A DNA stretch of 57,549 nt, taken from IMG/VR virus record IMGVR_UViG_3300043111_000061, positions 1 through 57,549 of that record; one strand, given 5' to 3'. A program made the translations under genes and the position numbers. The notes under the pieces are model-generated. The model had not been told where the DNA came from. It saw only the letters and a program-made list of their open reading frames with translations, and did no database searches. Within the stretch, counting starts at the first letter, position 1. Each line of letters starts with the position of its first letter. Below, in pieces: positions 10,235 through 20,774 of the stretch. Origin of the DNA: a virus. Taxonomy: Duplodnaviria > Caudoviricetes.

Positions 10235-12235
10235 TTGGAACCTATAAAAAAATTAGGTATATCCGGTAGTATGTCGGGTTGGGACGAGTTCAGTACAGAC
10301 ACTACTGATACTGCATTAGGAGCTGTCCCCAAGAAATATACGATGCCAGAAATACTAAAAGAAATAAAAGAAATAAAAGCTCAATTAAGTAAGGATAAGA
10401 TAGAGCAGATATTCTCTTATGTAGAAAAACATATACATGATCATAATAATCCACATGACCTAACATTAGAGGCATTGGGAACTTCTGTAGTATATGAGCT
10501 ATATCAGGCTTGGTTAGAGAGAGGATACATAGGCGGTATAGAGGACTTCTTGAAAGTATTGTTTCAATATGTTGAAGTAGCAGATGTTAACGATACACTA
10601 TATACTGAAAGCCACTCTAAGCTTGTATCGGTCCGTGGTGCACAGGCTTATTATGATGACCACATCAACGATATAGATGCTCATAGGGAAATGTTTAGAA
10701 AAATGTTTCCCGGAAAAGCAGTTACTACAAAACCTATCTTTAGTACACATGCTTTTTTAGGAACAGATCCGGATATAGTAACAGAAAGACCAAGTACCTG
10801 TCATTACCACGATACGACTGGATACCTTAAATATGTGCCTGAAAATACTTTAGCTATAGACTATATATATGGAGACCCTATGTATTCTATCTGGGGCGAA
10901 AGAACTAATTTAGCTAAATATAGTTTGAATTTAGAAGATGGTTCCACTATCAATTCCGACATAGAACTCGATGAGAATCTACTTCGTAATATATTAGGTA
11001 ATTATGGAGTTAGTGTTATTAGAGAACATAAAACTTTTTTAACTAATGAACATGGTTGGGTAAGTAATCAGAATTTTGATTTCATAGAAGGTAAGTCATA
11101 TACGATTTCTGTATATGCTTTTCCTATCGATAAGAATTACTTAGCTATAAAACTACCTGCCGAACTAAACAATGGTTCTACTATAACACATAGTTTGGTT
11201 AAAGAAGGTGAGCACTACAAATGGTTAAATTATGATGATGAAATAAATTACGGTGAGGCTATAATTCTACCTAATGGTTGGGTAAGAGTTATACATACTT
11301 TTAGAGCTATGCAGACTATGTCTTGTCCAGTAAAATGTATTTTTACTGAAATACTCGATGGTGATCTGTCATATATTAGTTCAGGTAAGGTAATGGGAGC
11401 ACTTAACCAGATACAGGTAGAAGAAGGGGTCGGAGCTTCTCCAGCTATTATAACTAATGAGTTTACCGTTACTAGACCAGCTACTAAAGTCAAAATACCA
11501 TTCAATAATTTATTTAATGTCGATGGTGGAACTTTAAGTATCTGTACTAAGCAACCGTATCCCATATATAGAAATCACAATGCTTGTCTATATGAATTTG
11601 GCGATGAGAGCCATAAATCTATGAACGGTATGTTCCTGTACAATAGTCCTGATATTTTATCTATGGCCACTTATAATCGATTTCAAACTACTATAGATCA
11701 ATATACTTCTGGTGATGCAAAACGAAATAATATGATCTATGTTCATAGCTATGGTAGTATGTATCATACTTATGGTAATACAGGAAATATACCACATTCT
11801 AAGTTAGTAGCAGATTCCTCTGTTAGTTATAGCGAGGTATTGGACCATACCTTATCGGATATATGGAATAATGAAATAACTAGAGGAACTACTTATCTTA
11901 TCGATATAACAAATAACATGATAAGTACAACTACTTCTACTTCTATAGATGAATTAACTGTTGATCAGATATTGGATAAGATAGTTACTCAGGTATATGC
12001 TGAAGTTAGTGAAAATAGAGGAGATAGAGAAATAGCTCTAATAGATCTATTAGAAAGAGGCGATTATGAATTGGGCATAACTCTTGATGAAAATGTTGCT
12101 TATTTATATATCGGTTCAGATAGGCTAAGTAACAATCCTTATAATGGCTATGTATCTGATATAACCTATTATGATAGATATTGCGATCCCATGGAAGTAG
12201 AATATTTAATAGGAGAATATACAAATGGAAGCTAG
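10235..12235 (+). CDS. Virion fibre/spike protein with lectin-like (LamG-type) region
   Basis: TTG start with AAGGAG RBS; NPH motif; GERTNLAKYS, YTISVYA, LPNGWVRV, QIQVEEG..ASPAIIT...VTRPA resemble phage head-spike/fibre beta-sandwich domains. Confidence 0.65.
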   Translation: MEPIKKLGISGSMSGWDEFSTDTTDTALGAVPKKYTMPEILKEIKEIKAQLSKDKIEQIFSYVEKHIHDHNNPHDLTLEALGTSVVYELYQAWLERGYIGGIEDFLKVLFQYVEVADVNDTLYTESHSKLVSVRGAQAYYDDHINDIDAHREMFRKMFPGKAVTTKPIFSTHAFLGTDPDIVTERPSTCHYHDTTGYLKYVPENTLAIDYIYGDPMYSIWGERTNLAKYSLNLEDGSTINSDIELDENLLRNILGNYGVSVIREHKTFLTNEHGWVSNQNFDFIEGKSYTISVYAFPIDKNYLAIKLPAELNNGSTITHSLVKEGEHYKWLNYDDEINYGEAIILPNGWVRVIHTFRAMQTMSCPVKCIFTEILDGDLSYISSGKVMGALNQIQVEEGVGASPAIITNEFTVTRPATKVKIPFNNLFNVDGGTLSICTKQPYPIYRNHNACLYEFGDESHKSMNGMFLYNSPDILSMATYNRFQTTIDQYTSGDAKRNNMIYVHSYGSMYHTYGNTGNIPHSKLVADSSVSYSEVLDHTLSDIWNNEITRGTTYLIDITNNMISTTTSTSIDELTVDQILDKIVTQVYAEVSENRGDREIALIDLLERGDYELGITLDENVAYLYIGSDRLSNNPYNGYVSDITYYDRYCDPMEVEYLIGEYTNGS

Positions 12236-13670
12236 AGTAGACGTAGCAATAACCTCCAATTGGGAAAAACTCGATATAGATGGTCAACCTAGATACTTGA
12301 CTTTCTATTCTAAAAGTAAAACCCTAATAGATATATTCGTGACAAATTCCCTTGAACCTGATTTAGATAACTTAGATAAAGAGGACTATATTACTATTGG
12401 GGGAGTTAATGCGACTTGCGATGTATATACTGGATTAAATATATATGTAAGGTCTAAAGATGCTCAGGGATCTTTTTTCTACTTACCTAAAGGGCAACAA
12501 GATCCTGAAAAAGATATAGAGACTATTTATGAATCTATATTAGATATATATGAAAGGATGAACCATCATTTTAACTCAGTTAATCCACATGGTATTAATA
12601 AAAATCATGTTAAGCTAAGCAACATTCCTAATAAAACATCTGACTTTATCCCTTTAGAAGCCCCTACTGAGATAACGTTGGCAACTACATTGGCTATCCA
12701 TAATCTAAACCAAGCACTTAATAATAAGATCAATAGTATTACTAGGGAATCTTTAGACATCGATAAGGTTAGGAATTATTCGATGGCTACTTTAGATGAC
12801 ATCGATAACCAAGACATAATGGATAAGTATATTAGTATAAAACATGTTTACGATATAGTACATAAACAACAGCAGACTATTAATGAAATAGAACCCAATC
12901 TAATATATGAGAGTCAGTTAAGTGATCTTCTTCCTGAACATTATAACGTATACGATCCCATGACTATGACTATAGTTTTAAGTACCGCTAATGTAACTAT
13001 ACGTAAAGGACTTAGAGTTACATATAAAGATGAAAATAGGACCTATATATCGAGTCCATTATCGGGAGATATAACTATTCCAAAATCAGAAATATCTTCT
13101 ACTCTAAATCCTATTCCCGGATACCATTATGTATATGTTAATATAGATGGACATAACGAAATCGATTCTATAGGAACAACTACTACAAGACCTGTATTCG
13201 GAATTTATCCGACTGGTAATAAAGACTTTTATAACCTTAGTACTAAAACCATGTATAATGAAAATGGTGAAATTATAAAAAGAGTATATATAGGAAAACT
13301 ATATGCCGATACAAACGGCGAAATTATATATGCTGTAAATGTCCCTATCGGTAAACAATATATATACCGATGCCCATCTATAATAATGCCTGCTAAAACC
13401 TATTTCTATGAAAATCCTTATATGGGAAACATAGAAGTTAAACCAGAAATATTAGTAAATGGAGAATGGAGAGATCCGAGATGGAATGACCAAATAGGTG
13501 TTATTAGTAATTATAGCTTAGATATACCTAATAAGATAGTTGTTCAAACAGGAAAATATGGATTAGTAACTACTGCACTCAATGCTGGTAATGCTTTTTC
13601 TACAGACGCTGTAAATATAAGTTACCCGAATTCTGCCAATTTAAGATTAATTATAAGGAGTTTGTCATGA
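12225..13670 (+). CDS. Tail-fibre-like structural protein (481 aa)
   Basis: NPHGINKNHVKLSNIPN and LDIDKVRNYSMAT fibre repeats typical of jumbo-phage tail proteins. Confidence 0.65.
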   Translation: MEARVDVAITSNWEKLDIDGQPRYLTFYSKSKTLIDIFVTNSLEPDLDNLDKEDYITIGGVNATCDVYTGLNIYVRSKDAQGSFFYLPKGQQDPEKDIETIYESILDIYERMNHHFNSVNPHGINKNHVKLSNIPNKTSDFIPLEAPTEITLATTLAIHNLNQALNNKINSITRESLDIDKVRNYSMATLDDIDNQDIMDKYISIKHVYDIVHKQQQTINEIEPNLIYESQLSDLLPEHYNVYDPMTMTIVLSTANVTIRKGLRVTYKDENRTYISSPLSGDITIPKSEISSTLNPIPGYHYVYVNIDGHNEIDSIGTTTTRPVFGIYPTGNKDFYNLSTKTMYNENGEIIKRVYIGKLYADTNGEIIYAVNVPIGKQYIYRCPSIIMPAKTYFYENPYMGNIEVKPEILVNGEWRDPRWNDQIGVISNYSLDIPNKIVVQTGKYGLVTTALNAGNAFSTDAVNISYPNSANLRLIIRSLS

Positions 13671-14575
13671 TCAATTCGAATATCGATATGTTATTAACAG
13701 ATACAGATTTTCCAGAAGATGTTGTCAGTATCTATACAGTAAAAAGTGATTTAACCAGATATAATACTTATTTAGACGATGAACAATATTCTATGGGTGC
13801 AGAAGGTATACTTACTATATTCGCTAGAATAATCGATAGTTTTATATCAGTATTCAATAACGTCAAGGCTAGTTTATTAAAATTCAATAAGCTAGTCAAA
13901 AGAAGTGAGTTAAAATATTTCATAGAAAGCAACTATACGAATGTTAAGTTAATCAATAGAGTCGATTATACTAAAATAGCTGACTTAGAAATACCTATAC
14001 CAGTTGGGATGAAAGTTAATTATATCGAATTTACAAAAACTATAACCTCCCTTATTAGTTCTATGGATATGGTAAGTAAAACACAACAAGCACTTAAGTT
14101 AATAAAAGACATAACACTAGGACTTCAAGCGACAGAGAAAGTAAATATAAAAGGCCCTATCTCTGGTCTATATTCTGTATTTGACAAAGAATATTCTAAT
14201 CGTATTTTTAAAGAGCTAAAGAAAATAATAGACCTAAATGAGAAAAAAGTTAAAGAAGTTAAGTTCAGTGAAATGTTCAAATCTGTAAAAGAATTTGTAC
14301 AATGTGTGGATGATGTACTTGTACTAACTCCTCTATATGACAATATGCATAAGACTAGTAAAATAGTCGATGATATCATAAAAGAGTTTGATAAAATTAT
14401 AGATATATTAGAACACAATAGTTTGGATATTGATAAGAAAGATATAAGAGACCTGAGTGATGTAACTTATTTATGTGCTCAGATGTTTGAACAATATGGT
14501 ACCTTAGCTATAGTTTATAATAGACTTGAACATAACTTAGTCGAAGTATATAAGACACTTAAGAGTAATGTATAA
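13667..14575 (+). CDS. Probable head/internal virion protein (302 aa)
   Basis: Helical protein with a short N-terminal segment ending SMGAE-G, matching the (S/A/G)-X-E head-protease motif; IPIPVGM motif recalls phiKZ-like head proteins. Confidence 0.5.
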   Translation: MINSNIDMLLTDTDFPEDVVSIYTVKSDLTRYNTYLDDEQYSMGAEGILTIFARIIDSFISVFNNVKASLLKFNKLVKRSELKYFIESNYTNVKLINRVDYTKIADLEIPIPVGMKVNYIEFTKTITSLISSMDMVSKTQQALKLIKDITLGLQATEKVNIKGPISGLYSVFDKEYSNRIFKELKKIIDLNEKKVKEVKFSEMFKSVKEFVQCVDDVLVLTPLYDNMHKTSKIVDDIIKEFDKIIDILEHNSLDIDKKDIRDLSDVTYLCAQMFEQYGTLAIVYNRLEHNLVEVYKTLKSNV

Positions 14576-14618
14576 TACTATAAAGATAAACTCATTTTAT
14601 CTCTCCAAAAAGTTAAGT

Positions 14619-14648
14619 AGGGGCTTCGGCCCCTCGACTTTATTTTCG
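14619..14648 (+). terminator. Intrinsic terminator with UUCG tetraloop
   Basis: AGGGGC-TTCG-GCCCCT followed by cgacttTATTTT, after the + strand structural operon. Confidence 0.75.
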
Positions 14649-14670
14649 TGACAAAAAAAAATAATAGTGT

Positions 14671-14706
14671 ATGGATAGAGTGGAGGAAGTCCTCCACTCT
14701 ATCCAT
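14671..14706 (-). terminator. Hairpin terminator after 14738..15763
   Basis: ATGGATAGAGTGGAGG-AAGT-CCTCCACTCTATCCAT; A-run at about 14653-14662 reads as a U-tract on the minus strand. Confidence 0.7.
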
Positions 14707-14737
14707 TAGGCGATGGGTATATGTATAAATCCTTGGG

Positions 14738-15763
14738 CTAGGACTTATAACCTTTGTGTATTAGACCGAATATACTCGGTCTTGAGTATTGGTTTGTGTT
14801 TTTCTCAATAGTCTTTATTAATGAACCGAGATTACGATGATATGCGAGAAAATCCGAATCGACTTCACCATAATTGTCTTTATTGAGATCTATACCAAAA
14901 TAATCCTCTACAACCAACGGTGATATCTCTGTAGATTTTAGTTCATCTTTATTTGGGCAAGACATGACTTTATATGTTGCTCTAACCACATCTTTGTCCT
15001 GCAACATGAACTCTACGGCGATTGGACGGAATGGGTCATTGTCTCCCTTACATGCTGACATAAGCCTTTCTTCCAACTTATCGGAAGAGATCATGTTGAG
15101 AGTAAGATTAAAGTCTTCTGGATTTGGATTAATATAGATTTCTTTAAAGAACTTAAAATGCCGATGAGAGTAATCCCACTTTTTAGCATAAATTACTTCT
15201 TTACAATTTAGTATATTGATTTTCTTTTTCGCAGCTTCGATTATATCGCTATATTCTGCTGGATAGTCTTCGATCCTGCTATCGTGGAAAAGGCTCCCCG
15301 AAGAAAACCCTATTTTCTTCAATACCGCAAGAGCATTATTCTTACGAAGTTCCGGCTGTGGATGCATTCGTATATCGGCTACTTCAAATAGCAATAGATG
15401 TTCAACGTTATTTGTTTTCTTGCCAATAACAACTTTTGATCCTACTTTTATAGGACACAGAGCATGAGTACCGTTTGCTTTCGGATTACTGACAATTACC
15501 GAGGGCTTGTTTATTTTCTTTCCTTTGACGTCACCAACGATGATACATTTACCTACTGTGCCTTCTTTAGAAAGTAGCGATTCTCCACCTGTTTCCCATA
15601 GAGATGGTTCGTCCATGATGGGCATCTTATTTTTGTTTATAACTTTGTATAGATGTACAGGAACATTTATTGTCTCTGCATTTCTTCCAACTGCACGCCA
15701 TACTACATTATCGATATCGATAATAGAATAGTTCTTACCTTTTTCAATTGCCGGAATTCTCAT
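14738..15763 (-). CDS. Hypothetical early protein (341 aa)
   Basis: AGGAG RBS and upstream early promoter. LWETGG...G.CIIVGD..G...NGTHALCPIKVG looks like a conserved phage domain, but I cannot name it. Confidence 0.75.
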   Translation of the reverse strand: MRIPAIEKGKNYSIIDIDNVVWRAVGRNAETINVPVHLYKVINKNKMPIMDEPSLWETGGESLLSKEGTVGKCIIVGDVKGKKINKPSVIVSNPKANGTHALCPIKVGSKVVIGKKTNNVEHLLLFEVADIRMHPQPELRKNNALAVLKKIGFSSGSLFHDSRIEDYPAEYSDIIEAAKKKINILNCKEVIYAKKWDYSHRHFKFFKEIYINPNPEDFNLTLNMISSDKLEERLMSACKGDNDPFRPIAVEFMLQDKDVVRATYKVMSCPNKDELKSTEISPLVVEDYFGIDLNKDNYGEVDSDFLAYHRNLGSLIKTIEKNTNQYSRPSIFGLIHKGYKS

Positions 15764-15835
15764 AATAATTCTCCTATTTAGTTTGATGCTAAGTAAATAA
15801 AATTAAATAATGCTACATACCTCTCTATTCAATAG

Positions 15836-15853
15836 AGTAATATATATTTAAAA
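15836..15853 (-). promoter_or_regulatory. Early promoter
   Basis: AGTAATATATATTTAAAA on +, i.e. TATATTAC core on minus, upstream of 15763. Confidence 0.75.
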
Positions 15854-15856
15854 TAA

Positions 15857-18445
15857 CTACCAATTTCTTGAAACATGTACTGCATATCTCCCACTTGTTA
15901 TGGAATTTATTACTATCTTATCTTCTGTTATCTTTTCTATATAAGCACTTGAATCCAATATACCTCCGCCACCGATAGGTGTGAGGTCTACTATTTCTGT
16001 ATCTAATACAGGTACACCAAATGGATTAACGATTTCATATCTAGTATTATTTTTAGTTAGGTTCATTCCGTTTACCGGTAGACAAGCTACATTACCTAAA
16101 GTATATGGTCTAATATCATAACTTCCATTACTTCTTTTATATATGACTCCTATATATTTTTTATTAGAACTATCTTCCCAACGATATCTATTGATGTTGT
16201 AATATGGTGCATCTAATATGATGCGAATTTGGTTGATTGCTATATTTGTAGTATGATTAAGTTCTAGTCTATATCCAGTAGTATTGATATCAGATATAAT
16301 TAGATCTAACTCAATATACGTATTATCACTATTTATATCTGGTAGGTAATTTGCTAAATTAAATACATTGACTATATTTCCATTTATATCTGTCAATTTT
16401 AAATCTATATTACTGGGTACTTTATCTATCTCATTCTTTTTAAATACCATAGTCATTCTTTTTATGACCAGTTCTCTCATAAAATCATGGGACACGATTA
16501 CTTTGTTTATGTCTTGTTTGGTAACGAAACTCTTTAAGCTATCTTTATAGATATCGTGAATATTAATATCGTTGTCTATTATGTCTGATATACTCAGTTC
16601 ATCTGAATTAATATTCAAAGTACCGAAATAATTATCTGAGTTACTATTTTCATAACGATTTACGAAAGGTTGTATGCCTTCTTCTGATGGTCCATAATAA
16701 GGTGGCAAGGCATCTATACACGTAGTGTGTTTTTCTTCTTCTTGATCATAAATAAGTCCGATAAAATAAGGGTGATTTATGACCATATCGTTTAAGTCAA
16801 AAGTTATATTTTCATTAACTTCTGCCATTCTAATAGCATTGTCATTTTCATATGTATAAACTAATCCCGGAACTATTTTAAACATACGATTATTTACATC
16901 ATTGAATACCATTTGTATATTCAATTTCCAAGTGTTGTTAATTACAACTGCTGTTGGGAATTCGATAGTTATCGTTTTAAAACTCTCTGTAGTTAAAGTA
17001 TTCATATCTACTGTAGTTTTATTATTGGTCCAGACTAAGTCTACGTTATCTAAAAAGAGATTGTCTTTATAGATATTGACTGAATGGGGATAATCGATAC
17101 CCTCTGGTAATATGATAGACAACGCTAATGTACCTATAGTACGCCTGTGGTGAAATTTGTATGTTATTTTAGTTCTGGTATATACCGACCCTTCCTCAAA
17201 TTCCATGTAGCCGTTGTTACCTAAACCATCCCATAGGTTAGTATTGTTTATGGTATTTTTATTAGAACTAACTACACCATCTACTATATCCAAATATCCT
17301 TCCGTAAGATGGTTTAGTTGTCTGGATAATATTATTATTGGAATATTATCTACTTTACTATATCCGCCACTTAGATCTATAAGAGGAGCATCTACTATTA
17401 TACATGGTTTAATATGTTTAGTTTCTACTATATCTGTTTTAAGAGCGTATTGTGGATGATAATGTACTGCGCCAGCTGCTCCTATTTCTTCAGGAGAATG
17501 TGTATGTGCTATAGGAGATGCTCCTATTGATTCTGGTGTATGAGTATGCGATATAGGAGCGGCTCCTATTGATTCTGGTATATGAGTATGGTTTTTCTTA
17601 GCGGCTCCTATTAGATCTGGATTTATGTTATGAGGATTTTCTTCTAATATATGTGCTGTCAGAATATCATCTAGAGTATCTATATCGTAATAAATACTAT
17701 TTCGAATGTTATTCATAGCTTCTGATATAGCTATTTGCATTTCTTCTAGCTTAACATAATTGCCTATTACATCGCTTTGTAATATGGTGCTGATTTTGTG
17801 GTTCATATAGTTTATAAATCTATCGGTTAGATGAAATAATTTAATATCACTCACTACTACAAATTTCTGTTCACTAATATTTTCATCTTCTGGGTCGTCT
17901 ATAGGCCTTAATATAAATTCACATACATCACAATTATGGCATTCGACTTCAATTATATTTTTTCCGCCTTTAGCTGTACCAAAATACCTACCTTCATTAT
18001 CTTCTACTAAGATTATCTGTCCAGCAGGTAATATGTCTATATAAAGATAATAACTACCTCTATAGGGTATATGTTGATTAGGTATAGTTATTCGATGTAC
18101 TTCCTGATCAGACAAAGATATTAGGCCAATATTTATTAATTCAAATCCTTCTATGACGAGGCCGTCTTCAGGACTTTCTTCTAAAGTTTTAAGTTCTTCA
18201 GATATAAGGTTCTTAGAGATAGTACTATTACCTAAAGTTATTCGAACTAATTGATCTAACTTATCGTATTTGGAAAATAGATTTCTATATGCTTTATATA
18301 GAGCTGTAGACGATGCTAAAGATCTTGTATCATTATGATTATAATCATGAGATATCTTATCGGCTACTTTGTCTAATAGTTGGATATGGCCAGCTATTAA
18401 TTTTTCAGTAGTTATGATTTTCTTATTCATATTTGATGCTGTCAT
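15857..18445 (-). CDS. Tail-fibre-like structural protein with HxH repeats (862 aa)
   Basis: ENPHNI motif, 14-aa repeats HTH(I/T/S)PE(S/E)IGA, and C-terminal similarity to 12225..13670. Confidence 0.7.
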   Translation of the reverse strand: MTASNMNKKIITTEKLIAGHIQLLDKVADKISHDYNHNDTRSLASSTALYKAYRNLFSKYDKLDQLVRITLGNSTISKNLISEELKTLEESPEDGLVIEGFELINIGLISLSDQEVHRITIPNQHIPYRGSYYLYIDILPAGQIILVEDNEGRYFGTAKGGKNIIEVECHNCDVCEFILRPIDDPEDENISEQKFVVVSDIKLFHLTDRFINYMNHKISTILQSDVIGNYVKLEEMQIAISEAMNNIRNSIYYDIDTLDDILTAHILEENPHNINPDLIGAAKKNHTHIPESIGAAPISHTHTPESIGASPIAHTHSPEEIGAAGAVHYHPQYALKTDIVETKHIKPCIIVDAPLIDLSGGYSKVDNIPIIILSRQLNHLTEGYLDIVDGVVSSNKNTINNTNLWDGLGNNGYMEFEEGSVYTRTKITYKFHHRRTIGTLALSIILPEGIDYPHSVNIYKDNLFLDNVDLVWTNNKTTVDMNTLTTESFKTITIEFPTAVVINNTWKLNIQMVFNDVNNRMFKIVPGLVYTYENDNAIRMAEVNENITFDLNDMVINHPYFIGLIYDQEEEKHTTCIDALPPYYGPSEEGIQPFVNRYENSNSDNYFGTLNINSDELSISDIIDNDINIHDIYKDSLKSFVTKQDINKVIVSHDFMRELVIKRMTMVFKKNEIDKVPSNIDLKLTDINGNIVNVFNLANYLPDINSDNTYIELDLIISDINTTGYRLELNHTTNIAINQIRIILDAPYYNINRYRWEDSSNKKYIGVIYKRSNGSYDIRPYTLGNVACLPVNGMNLTKNNTRYEIVNPFGVPVLDTEIVDLTPIGGGGILDSSAYIEKITEDKIVINSITSGRYAVHVSRNW
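17455..17640 (-). repeat. Tandem 42-bp/14-aa HxH repeats
   Basis: HTHIPESIGAAPIS-HTHTPESIGASPIA-HTHSPEEIGAAGAV-HYH; DNA repeats gctcctattgattctggt. Confidence 0.85.
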
Positions 18446-18525
18446 ATATTCATATCCTTTGTATTTAAATTAGTTCTTATATGTATGTCTCTTTATAAAA
18501 TAAGAAATATACGTTAAGTTAATAA

Positions 18526-18555
18526 AGCTACTCGGTGGTATACCACCGAGTAGCT
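18526..18555. terminator. Perfect 30-bp palindrome downstream of major capsid gene
   Basis: AGCTACTCGGTGGTATACCACCGAGTAGCT. Confidence 0.65.
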
Positions 18556-18578
18556 ATTATAAGATTTCGCTATTTTAT

Positions 18579-20774
18579 TTATTGATCTTCTAGAATCGCT
18601 CCTAGTCCAGTAACAGTAATAAAAGCTCCTACTGGGTTAGTAACAATTGGAATCTCTTTGGAGTTAGTAACGATCCTTCTATAATTAGCACCAGCAGAAG
18701 TAACGTTGATGTTAGCTGTGAAGCTACCCATGTCTGCGTTAAATGCGAAGTTATTGACTTCGTCTGGCATACCTTTTCTATATGGTAGTATTAGAATCTT
18801 GTCATTGAACATGTCCCAAGAAGTTGTAAAGATTTCAAGAACGACTCCAGATGGAAGAACTCGGATATACTCTACATCACTATTATCCTGTGTACCATTA
18901 TTATCAAGGTGATTGTGATAATGTGGAATCTGGAATAGGTTTTCTTTAATTGGTCCTGATGTAAGTACACGATAAACTGGTTTTTCACCTTTAGCAAGTG
19001 AATTTACATATAGTGACTTACTGTGAATAGAAGAAAATACCTGTAGGAAATAGTTATCTACGGCTGTTCTAATGTCACCGAAAATTTTCCCTGTTTCTTC
19101 ATTGATCACACGATCAGTAAGTTTAAATGTATCTCTGAAAATACATGGATTAACTCTAAGGCCAGCGGCGTAGTCGAATTTGATAGAACTTCTGTTAGCG
19201 ATGTCGATAACTCCAGATTTCTCATTTTGAATTCTGTCATATGCAAGATCCATTTGGTCGATAATGACATCGATACCTCTTTTATCATTACCAAGCATAA
19301 GGGCTTCACCTACGAGCCCAAGGGCTTCTTCTGGTCTTGTTTCACTTAGAGAGAAATCTACCATAATATTTTTGCCTAGAGGAATTTCATAAGCAAGTGA
19401 CTTAGTAATAGTTCTGATTACAGTCGAAGACTTTCTGATGTTTTCTTCAGAGAAGTATTCGTCAAGATAATAACCACATGCTTCAAGATCAATTGAAATT
19501 TCTCCAAAAGCACTTACTACTTCTGGTAGAGGAGTTGTTCCATCTACTGTCTTAAGTCTAATTACAGGCGACTGTCTACAGTTAGCTATACCTGAGTTAA
19601 GGTTAATCTCACCATCGATTTTAAGATCTAGTTCAATTATATGATCGCCAGTAAATTCAGACAATATCTGAGAAGCTGTATTGTCTGCTTTGGGTGTAGT
19701 TGACTTTAGCACTACTGTTTCGGCTAAATGACAAACTCTGTTACCAGCATGTCTACTATTCATCTGAGGAAGGAATCTTCCAGATGGTCTACCCATAAGA
19801 TTGATTTTAAACTCTTCAGTTACTGCTGGATCTGAGTTTCTCTTAAGAACGAAGTGATATGTCTTAAAACATACACCATCTGCAACTAGGTCTGAATAAT
19901 CGATTCTATCATAACCTATTTCGTTTTTTAGAGACAGTTTAAGTGTTGGTACATCGACTCCAAACTTCATTAGTCCGTCTGCATGGAGAACGGTTTCGGT
20001 ACCATTGTCATTTGATTTAAGAGGTATAACTGGTTTTGGAGTTGTGCTAACTGGATCTGGGTTATGATAAAGCTGAATAAATGGAATACCAGTGGTATAA
20101 GATTTATTGGGATTATCTTTAGTTACTGTAGCATCGCCAAGATCCAGAACTTCGCCACCTACAAGTTTAAATCTAACTACACTTTCTGTAGTTGGTTTTC
20201 TGTGAATAAGTCTATCCATAAGACCCTGATGGTACTTAAGGATAGTTACTGCTACAGACAGTCTTAGGTCAGCAACAATCATGTCACTGTTCTTACCGAA
20301 ATCTTCAATGGCTGTTGAATAATCGACAAATCTTCTATTAAGTATACTTGGCGATAGATACTGATTTGCGGCAAAATAACCATCATTATTCGATTCTAGT
20401 TTTCCAGACTCTAGAAAACTATGTGGCGAAGTGTTCTGAAGATTCGGGTTACTCATTATAAATGAAATTGATTCTGTACAAGAACGAACTAATTCATTTG
20501 GTATTTTGCAGGATTCAACAAAATCCCTGATACCGTGTTTACCAATACTAGTAAGTACAACATCAGTTACTGACTCCACTGCTGGTTTTACATGTTCAGC
20601 GAGGTCAGTCCTAGTATTGCCTAGGATAAGGTTATTTTCGATTAGAAAATTGTTAGTCTTTGTCCAAACGTCACCTACTGTGCAGATATCTTCATTAGTC
20701 AGTTTGCTGATATCGATATCGGCTGCTAGTGCTGTCTGGAACTCTTCAAATGCGGCACTGAAATCCTTCTTCAT
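18579..20774 (-). CDS. Major capsid protein (phiKZ gp120-like)
   Basis: 731 aa; strongly biased codon usage; probable propeptide cleavage at STAIE(157)-DF; C-terminal IPIVTNPVGAFITVTGL; two genes from the helicase as in phiKZ. Confidence 0.8.
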   Translation of the reverse strand: MKKDFSAAFEEFQTALAADIDISKLTNEDICTVGDVWTKTNNFLIENNLILGNTRTDLAEHVKPAVESVTDVVLTSIGKHGIRDFVESCKIPNELVRSCTESISFIMSNPNLQNTSPHSFLESGKLESNNDGYFAANQYLSPSILNRRFVDYSTAIEDFGKNSDMIVADLRLSVAVTILKYHQGLMDRLIHRKPTTESVVRFKLVGGEVLDLGDATVTKDNPNKSYTTGIPFIQLYHNPDPVSTTPKPVIPLKSNDNGTETVLHADGLMKFGVDVPTLKLSLKNEIGYDRIDYSDLVADGVCFKTYHFVLKRNSDPAVTEEFKINLMGRPSGRFLPQMNSRHAGNRVCHLAETVVLKSTTPKADNTASQILSEFTGDHIIELDLKIDGEINLNSGIANCRQSPVIRLKTVDGTTPLPEVVSAFGEISIDLEACGYYLDEYFSEENIRKSSTVIRTITKSLAYEIPLGKNIMVDFSLSETRPEEALGLVGEALMLGNDKRGIDVIIDQMDLAYDRIQNEKSGVIDIANRSSIKFDYAAGLRVNPCIFRDTFKLTDRVINEETGKIFGDIRTAVDNYFLQVFSSIHSKSLYVNSLAKGEKPVYRVLTSGPIKENLFQIPHYHNHLDNNGTQDNSDVEYIRVLPSGVVLEIFTTSWDMFNDKILILPYRKGMPDEVNNFAFNADMGSFTANINVTSAGANYRRIVTNSKEIPIVTNPVGAFITVTGLGAILEDQ

